Assembly: GCF_036321535.1 (NCBI RefSeq)
Contig: NC_087437.1
Span: 58,592,001-58,656,000 of the forward strand
Length of the DNA stretch: 64,000 nucleotides
Origin: Camelus dromedarius
Taxonomy: Eukaryota
Direction of reading: 5' to 3'
Shown here one piece after another: positions 52,281 through 64,000 of this stretch; the first letter of the stretch is position 1; every line of letters starts with the position of its first letter. The notes below the pieces were generated by a model that saw only the letters and a list, made by a program, of their open reading frames with translations, did no database searches and was not told where the DNA came from. Made by a program: the position numbers and the translations under genes.

Positions 52281-53639
52281 GAGTTAGTTAAGCACTGAGT
52301 ACATCTGTATCCAGTAATTATGCTGCTAGAACTCTATGGAAATGAAGATATTTTTGACAAAAGATGAACACATAAGAATCTTCACCATGGTTTTGTTTTT
52401 AAGTGTTAAAAAAAATTAACACTTATGTTTCTATTTGGAATTATATAATAGTTGATTTATCCATGGAGTGTATTACTGCGGACCCATTGAAAAATAATAG
52501 GTTGTTGACATGGAAAACTATGAACAATATACTTTTTTATTGTATTTATTAAACAGTATGTGTAATTATCCACCTGTGTAAATACACACAAATAGTAATG
52601 TAGGCATTAACTTTCTAATGATAAATTAAGCTGTGACTTGATGTCATCTAGTGAAAGAGAAATTATGGAGGATTTTTTACTTTTTCTGTGTTGGTTGAAA
52701 TTGTTACATGGAGTAAGTTTTCCACTTTAAAAGAAAAAATTCCGTTTTGAAAAAATTTAATTAAAAAGGAGGTAGGTAAGGTTTGGGAGAAAAAGAAGGT
52801 AATAAATAGAACTATAATGGCAATTGTATTTTGTGTATTAGTGGAATTTATCCCTGGATGATGGCAAAACTTAGGTTAGGATAGGGAAGAAGTCCACAAT
52901 CACGTAGAACACATACTGGGGAAATCGGCTGCTGTAAGTTGAGGACAAATGGTCTGGAAGAGAGATTGTCGGGTGAGGAGAACATAGCTTCCACTTCCTA
53001 ACTCTGAAGCACGTTCAACTAATTCTTGCTTTCAGGCATCAGGATTCAAGGACAGTGACTGCCTGTAAGGGAGAGTCAGGAGAGGATTAAAGATGCAAGG
53101 AGCGGAGAAAGAGTGAGAGTGTAAAATCGTTGTTTGTTATGGAACAGGGTTTCATAACATACTGAGGGCACAAGAAAAGTTATTGTGATGTAGGGAAGCA
53201 GGGGAGCCTGGACAGAGGACAGCAGCTTGGTGATGAAAGGGTGAGTGAGCCCGGGTAAGGATAGGTGACAGCAGCTGCCTGTGGTGGATTGGGAAGCTGC
53301 AGCCTCCTTTGAGAAAGTTACTTAAGGCTTGTCAGGATTTGGTGGTCTGGGGTTTTGTTATGATCTCCTTGAAGGGGAGTCTGAATTGTGGATTCCTGTC
53401 CCACGGACTCCTAGGAAGAGGTAACAGACCATGTGTGTTCTGAGGCAGGAGCAGCAAAAGGCCATAGTGGTCAGAGGCTGGATCCTGATCTTTTGTTCAT
53501 CTTTTTGAAAATTGTATCTGAACGGATGGCCCTGATAAGCTTCTTTCCTTCCATCTTGTTCTTAAAATTATCCCATTATCTGTCATTAATACCATCGACT
53601 TGATCCTTCTTGTCCTCAGTGGTGTATCCTATTCTCATA

Positions 53640-53716
53640 CTCTTTCTTCCTTCCTTTCTTCCTTCTCTCCTTTCCTCCCTCCCTCCCTTCCTTCCTTCCT
53701 TCCTTTCTTCCTTCCA
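53640..53716. repeat. (TTCC)n/(TCCC)n pyrimidine microsatellite
   Basis: Pure pyrimidine run adjoining the tail end of an antisense L1. Confidence 0.9.
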
Positions 53717-53719
53717 TTT

Positions 53720-53980
53720 GTTCTTATTGAAACATAGTTGACATACAGTATTATGTTAGTTTCAGTATACTACATAGTGATTTGACATGTGCATGTATTA
53801 TGGAACAATCATGGCAAGACGTCTAGATACCATCTGTCCTGATACAAAATTATTACAATATTATTGGCCATATTATTCATGTTGGTATTACATCACCATG
53901 ACTTATTTTATAATTGGATGTTTGTACCTCTGTATCTTCACCTGTTTTGTCCTCCCTCCCATACTCTTCCACTTCCTGGT
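53720..53980 (-). mobile_element. Antisense LINE-1 3' UTR fragment
   Basis: ttattgaaacatagttgacatacagtattatgttagtttcag...catagtgatttgaca...catgacttattttataattgga. Confidence 0.8.
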
Positions 53981-54574
53981 TGTCAGGGAAAAAGACACTG
54001 AAAATTAGCAAGGGAAAGCCAGCAGCTAAGCTCATTGACTCAGTAGACTTAATTTTACACAAAACATTGGGTGAGTACAAGCAATCTTATCTATGAGGGA
54101 ATGTTGACTCCTCTCACCCAAGGAAAGTGCAGTTTGGCTTTTGGATAGAAGAGGTGTTTCTGCTACCCTGAGCTTTGTGGCTACATCCCAAAAGGTGGAG
54201 GTTACTCTTAAGACTGATCACTTGATAAACAGGGTGTTTTTGTGTGTTGTAGTATTATGTTGCAGTAGAGATTAGTTTGGGAGAAGCCAAATAAATATTT
54301 TCTTGAGATTTCTTTTTTTCTTGATTGAAATAGTTGTCTTTTTTCTATTTAGAGAACTGTATTCTTGTAAGATGTCCTCTAAGGTAGTATTTTCAACTTG
54401 ATTTTGCATCTTTTATATTATCATGCAGTGTTGCACAGTTTTACCTAGCAATATCCGTTAGCATCTCTGTGCTTTGTGCTGTGGTCTGATAAATTATTAA
54501 AATCGTACCAAGAAGTTTACAGTCTTGGACTCCACTTCACAGTCAACGTGTATAAAGTGTGTATTAATATTAGG

Positions 54575-55510
<936 letters not shown>

Positions 55511-55984
55511 TAATTTAATTAAATGGGTAAGAAGCATTATCTGAAGGGAGTAGGAGCTGTGAATTTTAGGTTTTATTCCCATCGCAGTCACTATCTTTCT
55601 TTTTGGTCCTTATGCTCCTTTTATTCTTTTCCTAATATCTGTGCTGGGATTAACCGTAATGCTGTTACCAGTTACGACTGTTAAAAAAACAAAATTTACT
55701 AATTGATATGGTATGGTCTGAGGGTATTGGTTGTCCTTCCAAAGGTAGCATTTAACAAAACCAGCAAAATTTGTTTGAACTTCCTCTGCAGATAGAGATT
55801 CCATAAGGAGAATGGCTAATGGATGAAACAATTCATTTGTTGGTTTTTCTTCAGGGCTCAATTTTACTTAAATAATTATTTTCTTAGTTAGGACCCTACC
55901 AGGTTAGACTAAGAATTTTAAGAAAGTCCCTTAGAGAATGCATTTCTGTTACCCGTGTATCTTGTTCATAAGTGTATGCTATCG

Positions 55985-56150
55985 TTGGGCTATTTGCTTA
56001 ATATGCTTCTTGTTTCCTCATCTATAAAATAGGGACAAAATTGTTGCCTATGGCACAGATTGTTACAAGAGGTTAACATATGTAAAATACTTTGACAGTA
56101 CCTGGTCCATAGTAACCACTCAGTGAATGTCAGCTGCTGTTATGATGATG
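55985..56150 (+). mobile_element. MIR SINE
   Basis: tttcctcatctataaaataggga...atatgtaaaatactt...cagtacctggtccatagtaa. Confidence 0.7.
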
Positions 56151-57049
56151 ATGATCATCATCCAGGTTGATCTTGCCTCTCACATCACTCTGAAGACTGG
56201 TTGTTGTGGATAAGAGTCAGTGTGTCCTGTACTTCTGTGTGAGGTTGCTCACAAAATTAGAATCCACATTAAAAATAATTTTGTTGTTTATACCTACCTT
56301 AGAAACAAAATGTCAGTGTCTAATTATTCAGGTGTTTTTCACCCCTTTCCTGTTCTGCTCCCGTCCTTGCTTCTTCACCTCTGATCTCAATTCCCTCAAG
56401 CCTCTTTTTCTAAGAACTCTTAACAGCTGTTCTACCTAAGCTGCATGTTGCTGACCCCTGGTCAGTTCTTGACACATTTACCCCTGAAGTAATTAGAGAG
56501 CTGCCACCACCATGTCACCAGCACTCCTCACCACTGGCCCTGACATTTTTCTGGGCCCTGTCCCATGATAGCATCATATTTTCACATCCTAAGGTTCGAG
56601 CAGTGGAAGTGATCGCAAAAATGGCAAGTGACTTTGTCTCCTGCTGCTTTCTCCCTCCCCTAGGTGTGGTAGAAAGACATGAACCTGCTGAGGGTCAAGA
56701 AACTAATTTTAATACCTCCCTGTGTTCTTGGACAGTCACCTTTCTTTATGCCATAATTTCTTAATGTTTAAAATGAGAAGGGGCAAATAAAAAACACAGC
56801 ATTAACTAATCCACTTAATCCTAAGTAGGTTTAGTTCTTAATTGCTTTCGACACTATCAGATAGTTGGGAGTTAGCAGTAATGCAAGGCTGAGTAATACT
56901 CAACTATGTTTAAAAGTATTGACACATTACTTCATCTATTTGTATAAAGGCAGAGATGTGAGAGATTAAATAATTAGGAAATTTGCAACTTGTTACAGTG
57001 TGGCAGAAGCAGGCAAACTCAGATGTTTGGATGACCTGAGTCTGGCGGC

Positions 57050-57295
57050 CGCCATGGGGTGCGGACCTTCTCGGGAGGGGCAGCTCCTGTTGGGCTCCAG
57101 TGGGTGGTGCTGTGCAGGAAAACATGGGCCCAGTGCTGCTAGATAGTTCGGAAGAGGCTGGAAACGCAGATTTTATATAGTCTCTCAGGTTTTAAATATT
57201 GGTTACTAATTTTTAAAAATTAAAGACACTGTGTATGTGTAGCAAAACATGTCAGGAGGCCAAATCTATCCCGCCAGCTACCAATATGAGCCCTT
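57050..57295. mobile_element. MER102-like (hAT-Charlie)
   Basis: gggcccagtgctgctagat...aagaggctggaaacgcagattttat...ttttaaatattgg. Confidence 0.5.
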
Positions 57296-57351
57296 TAGGC
57301 CAGAGTTTATATTTGCTACTTTTTTTTTAAAAACATGATTTTATATGTGTT

Positions 57352-57428
57352 TTTTTTTAATTGAAGTATAGTCAGTTTACAATGTTGTGTTAATTTCTGG
57401 TGTACAGCATAGTGATTCAGTTATACAT
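57352..57428 (-). mobile_element. Very short antisense LINE-1 3' tail upstream of exon 21
   Basis: tttttttaattgaagtatagtcagtttacaatgttgtgttaatttctggtgtacagcatagtgattcagttatacat; flanked by a(t/c)atgtgtttt on both sides. Confidence 0.8.
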
Positions 57429-57579
57429 CACATGTGTTTTCTGATACACTGATTTATCACTTCTGATAAACTGATCTGTCACATCTATTTGACTTACATT
57501 CACGTGCTTATTTTTCTTGTTACACGTTAAATAAAAGTATGCAGTATAAATACAGTTTTTTTCTTTTTAATAATTCTAG

Positions 57580-57801
<222 letters not shown>

Positions 57802-58807
57802 TAGACTTTTTATATGGCTAAATTATCTTCTGAATTGAAAATAATGAAGGAAAGAAATAGATTTATGAAATGTAATAGGCCCTTTGACATTTCTCTGCCC
57901 TTCTAAAATCATCCTCTGCTATTTCTTTCTTGGCTATCATTTCAAAAAAAAAGTCAGACCTCAAAGTAAACAGTTTTCTATAAACTTCCACCAAATTTAC
58001 ATGGGCCTAAACTATGGATAGCTGCTTCTCATTGGTAACAGTGGGAATTAGATGAATTGGTTTTCAGCGGAGTTGAGTCATAAAATGTTAGAATTCTAAA
58101 ATCGTAATGCTAACTACCATATATTGAGTGCTTACGAGGTGCCAGAAACTCTGCTATGTATTTTGTAAGCATTATTTTATTTAGTTCTTAAGCAGTTCTG
58201 TTACTGTTATTGACAAAGCTGGGATATGAGCCCCACTCTAATTACAAAACCTGGCTCCTGACCTCTACTACCTGATAAATCTTTTGTTACGTAGAATGTT
58301 CTCATCACCATAATCAAACCTTATTAAGCACCTGCTCTGCGCAGTTATGAGAGATCCTGTTGAAAGATAAGATTGAGTAGTTTTCTAGGAAAATGCATAT
58401 CTCACTATAGGCTGATGGTAATTATAATTTTTTTGAAGAAATGTTTGTCTTCATATTTGAAAACATTATTCATTCTTGTCAAATGCTTTAAGATTTCTGA
58501 GAGAATGGTGCCATTTTCATTCATTTGTTCGATATTTATAACATTTGGAGACCAATTTTCTTATAATAAATAACTAACATTTACTTATGGTTGTCTAGAC
58601 CTTTTAAGCTTCCTTCCATTACATTTTTCATTGCTGTTCACAGTCAGATAATGGTTATTGCTTTTTTTTTCCTCTTCTCTTTTTTTTGAAAATGCTAACA
58701 CAGGTCATAATGGCAAAAGGGAACAGTAGACATGATCTGAATCCCTAGCTCCTGAATATCAAGGTTCTAGGGTATAATTTTATGTAGTTAAGTATGAAAT
58801 TCTACAG

Positions 58808-58828
58808 ACACACACACACACACACACA
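58808..58828. repeat. (CA)n microsatellite
   Basis: About 10 perfect AC units. Confidence 0.9.
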
Positions 58829-59041
58829 CCTGACTGTCTTATAGATAGTGAATTCATTTAATTTGGGCTAGGAGAAAATCTCCACTATTTATTTTTTAGA
58901 CAAAAAGGTGATAAGCAGACAGATAATAAGACCTCCTACATTTGTGTGGGAGGGACATACTTTTATGTTGTTGTAGATACATCTGTTATTTTTGGATATT
59001 TGCTAAGCTGTCAGTTTGAATAAAAATTACTAAAATGGTAA

Positions 59042-59191
<150 letters not shown>

Positions 59192-59664
59192 TAGGGACAT
59201 GGGTTATTGAGTTTTGAGTATTCCCAGTGGAGACAGAGTCATTAACCTTAGTGAACATTGGTTTAAAAAAAAAAATTCCATTTCAGGGTCTTGGTCATAA
59301 ATATTCTAGTTAAATATTATTTGTGGAATTTTTCAGTCAACTGCTTATAAACTATTCTTAAATATTATTGAATTGGACACATGCTATATGTGCTCATATT
59401 CTAAAAGCTGTGATTCAGACTATTTTAGTGTTTGCTACTGTACTTATGGGAACTTTATAAGCAATTGTATTTTTCATAGATTCTAAACATACATGATTCT
59501 TACACATTTACATTTCAATAATATAGTTTTTAAAAATTTCAGCTGACTTTGTATTGATATAGCATTTTGAAACAGTTACGAAAGCAAGACAGCATTAGTT
59601 ATCATTTATGTTCTTGGTAAGTGATAAAATTCATGATGAATTAATTTTTAAAAAATTTTTCTAG

Positions 59665-59744
59665 CCGAAAATGCAATTGAAAATATGGTGGGTCCAGATT
59701 GGAAAAAGAGATGGTTGTACTGGAAGAATCGAACCCAAGAACAG
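59665..59744 (+). CDS. OPA1: OPA1 exon 23 (80 nt)
   Basis: ttctag|[29 protein letters not shown] (Trp/basic membrane-interacting segment); donor CAG|GTAAAA. Confidence 0.97.
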
Positions 59745-62590
59745 GTAAAAGCAAACAAATCCTCATCATTTTAATTCAGGCATTAAGATACAACCTTTGC
59801 ATGCCTTAGACCAAACTTAATTATTTCAGATGCTTTATGTCAGCCTTTCTAAAATATAATAAATCTTTAGAATAAACAGTAAACCACAAAAGAAAGTGCG
59901 AAACAAACGAGATAGCTGTGTTATTAAAAGAAAAGGGAGATGAAATATGCCCCTTTGTGGTTGATTACTTTGTTCATTTCATTGTCCTATTTGAGGTAAA
60001 ATGAAGGTTAAGGTTATGAACAAAAAAAAAAAATGACAAGGATTTCAGAAGATGTGGAAAGAATGTGATTAGAATAAAAGATACAATGACTTTTTTATCT
60101 TATTCTATTAATATTATCTCTGGATATTTCTATAGTATATTCGGATTATTTTATTCTTTTGCATTTTTTGCTCCTATGTTCACAAAGTAAGTATAAAAAT
60201 TCAGACAGAGGTAGAATTATAGAATTCATTCACTTATTTATTAATGTTTATTAACATTTAATGAGCACTTTATAAAAACAAAGTGGTAAAGGCAAGTATT
60301 AGTAACTTTACAAATGAGTAAATAGAAGGAAAATGTGTAATCATTAAAATTCCACCCGCTTTTTGTTCTTTCTTTATTGTTATGGCTTCTTTTCCCATCT
60401 AGCATTGATTCTTACACCAGTAACTGTTTTTTACATTAATTCCTCAAATAGAATAGTGTAAAGAGAGTGTAGAATCAAAATCCCTAAATGAAGGAAGTAA
60501 TGAATAAGAAGAGTTAGCATCCAATTCACTGTCCTTTCTTCCTTCCTTGAATCCATTAGAGAAAAGAGACCAAGATACGGAAATATTGAGAGAGAGCAGA
60601 TAAAGAGAATGAAAAATTACCAAATTACATATCATTCCTATTTTCTTCTTTATTTCTTTTTGTTTTATTTTCATTTTAAATAGAGAGTTAATTGTCTAAC
60701 CAACACCCTATTTTTTTCTAGTTTTATGTATTTCTTGTTTCATAAGCTTCTGTCAGATGTGAGTCCCAGTTTGTCTTAATTTGTGAGGGGACAACCTTCC
60801 TCTTCTCTCTTTTTCTGATATGATTTTTGTGAAAAAATGAGTCATTAAGAGACTGAAGAGAAGCTAAAGAAGTGGGCAGAGGTAGTGGTTGGGTCCTGCC
60901 TGTGTGCAGAGTGCATCAGTTATCTCTGCCCTACACATGGGCTGCAAGGAGCCAGTCTTTCAGAAAAAAAATTTTTGGAGATCCATCAGATATTTCTGAC
61001 TTTGAGACAAGAAGAGGCATTGATTAGAAGGAACTGGTATAGGACAGATAAACTCCAAAGAAAAATGGTGTCTGACTCTTAAGGCTTAGTGAAATTAGGC
61101 CTATTAGGTCTAGAACAATCAATGACGGCAGAACTTGCCTCCGCAACTAGTAGTAAATATGCTTAGGCCAGACGCTCTCAGAGAGAAATGATTCCTGGTT
61201 GTAAGTTACTTTTCTCAGGAACTTGAACCCATAGGGGATCCCTTCAAGAGAAGCAGGGGAGTTTGTTTTAAGGTCAGTGCAACGATCTGTAGCCTAGAAG
61301 AGGAACATGGAAGCCCTTCAGAGAAGAACTGCTCCTCCCAGGGTTTCAGGGCATCAGGTGTTAGAGCCAGGCTGACTAGAGCAGAGGCGGTGGTTTGGAG
61401 TGTGGAGGGAGGGGCGGGAGAATCACTGAGGGAGGGGTTTGCATATGTTTATTTTGTTTTCTCTTTCAAAACAGTCTCTTGTCAGACTCACTGAATCAAG
61501 TTCTCCTTCTCTAACTCTCTAACCCTCCTACTCCCAGTTGAAAACCACTGGTAGTATCTAGAGGATTCTCTGAGGGGCTGAGGATATCCCTAGGTCTCAC
61601 ACCGCGAATTTACATAGCTGACAGTTCCTTTACTTTTTGAGTTAGCGGGATTTAGCAGGAAAAGAAACTTAAGATTGTCCTGTGTTAAAGATGAGAAATC
61701 CATGTTCTGAAAACTGTTTTGTGCTTTTGTGTGGTTACTTTTTCCTTTATTTTCTAAGAAAATCCTTCCTTTGAACCCTTCTCACCTTGTCTGAGCTGCC
61801 AGTAATGGACATCTTGGTCAGGATAGATGGGAGAGTGTTGTTCTCCTAAACACCGAGTGCGGTGGGACAGGTGGGAGTGAAACAGGACAGGAAGATTGGG
61901 AGACTGTCGCTTTAGAGATTTCCTTCCTGTCTCTGGCCAAATAGCAAATGTTTAAGGAAACAGTGACATTTCTCTTTATTAAATTTCTTATGTCATGTTT
62001 TCAGAGAATATTATTTAGTAGTTCTATTTATAAGCCATTTATTTGTGTTTTAAGGGTTTATATAAATACTCAGATTCCATAGCTTGGTAGAGTTTAGGGC
62101 AAAGTGCTGTGGTAGTATCTTAATCAGTCATTTCAAAGCTAGTTTCTTTACCATGCGATCTTGAAAGAAGGATGGAAAAATTAAAAGATAAACTTAATTT
62201 GACACTACAAGAATCTTGCTTTCAAACCTATCACTAATGTGTATGTGTTTTCCTCATTTGGTGAAGATATTGTAAATAATCATAGAGACTGGAAGTGAAT
62301 TAAGAATGATGGGCACCTCACAGAAGTAAAGAATAGTTTTTAATGAAAAAACTTTCTAAAAAAAATCAAACTATGAATTTTATATTGAATATATCAAGAA
62401 AAGAACATGTCAACAAGTATAAGTCCTTACAGTCATCGGTTCTTACATAAGTGGCATTTATAGAAAATAACCTCTTCCTGTGTGTGCAGGGTACTTTTTC
62501 CTAGATTGAAATCACACCCTAAGTTCAAGAAAGGAAGTGCGTAGTCAGGTGCCTGATGTCTTCGACAGTGAAACATCTCAGCAAAAGTAA

Positions 62591-63037
<447 letters not shown>

Positions 63038-64000
63038 TGAGATATTGAAGTGCTTAACTTGACTGTGGTCATGTGTACTTTTGCTAACAATATGAACTCT
63101 GTCATTTTGAGTGTGGAAAGAGTAGAAATTTTATTCTCAGTATTGCTTTTTTAACTGTAACGCTTTAATTTGTAAATGGGGAACTTGAGATGTAGAAAAG
63201 TGAAGCATCTGGGCAGGTTCAGCAGTTACTTCTGGCCAGGGTGGGTGAGACCCAGATCTCTGCACCACGCTATGTTGTTTCAGGTTACAAAATAAACATT
63301 GTGCATAAATTTGGCTCATTTATATATATGTTTTTTCAATCAGATATACCTTAGGTATGAGTAATTTGGCTAATGATTTGGGGCTCCATCTCATTTTCCA
63401 TGTTTACAATAAACAGGATAAAAGTAATTATAGTTTAGACTGCTTTTTGCTTACCTTCATGATGCTTATTTGGAGAACATTTTAACAAAGCAGTTGTTTC
63501 TGAGCCTGTATTCCCTAGTTAGGGTATAAGGGATCAAAACTTCATTTTGATATTAGTGTACTAACGTTAGCTTACGTGAAACCCATTTAGAAGAGTAATT
63601 CTAGTGGGGAGAACAATTATATAAGAAATTTCAGAGCCATGCATAAATTCTTTTAAGAATTATTTACCATTTATATTTTGGTACTTGAGAAATGAGTATA
63701 CTTACTTAAAATTCCACCAGAGGTCAGAACAAGGAAAGAAAATTGGTGAAAAGAAACAGTTAAAATACATCTCATTGTTTATGAATTGAAAATGAAATTA
63801 AAACTAATGATTAGATGCAGTTATTAGTTGAATATAGATTTAATTTATCCACATTGGTCCTAGCTCTCACTAACAGTAAGTTCGGCTGGATGCTTTTAAA
63901 CTTTGTGAGTAAATACAATAGGAGGGAGTTTGCCCGTATCTTAGGATGTGGATTGGCTGTATATCTCACTTTCTGTGAGCAGGAAGATACCAGGTTTCTT

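Overview
Mammalian genomic DNA holding the promoter and the first 26 coding exons (1-24 plus the alternative exons 4b and 5b) of OPA1, the mitochondrial inner-membrane dynamin-like fusion GTPase, on the + strand (ATG at 9248). The last exon visible ends at 62953 and the gene continues past the window. Joining all exons gives a continuous 2661-nt frame (887 codons) with the targeting sequence, TM segment, S1 site, coiled coil, G1-G4 GTPase motifs and part of the middle/paddle region. The rest is intron and upstream DNA filled with L1, L2, MIR, MaLR/ERV LTRs and hAT-Charlie MERs. The style of the young L1 3' end and the absence of any Alu, Bov-A/tA, PRE1 or CanSINE element I could recognise suggest a camelid (inference). 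The non-routine signal is a hidden layer of splicing elements: (1) a decayed tandem duplicate of exon 4 that kept its acceptor but lost its donor; (2) a 108-nt cassette after exon 5b that is a poison exon or an in-frame coding exon depending on which of three AGs is used; (3) a GC-AG donor on exon 5; (4) a distant branch point before exon 5b; (5) further candidate poison and micro-exons in introns 1, 5 and 19; (6) an L1 tail inserted against the donor of the P-loop exon. Exon boundaries were counted from the sequence. Repeat family names and human comparisons are from recall, not from searches.
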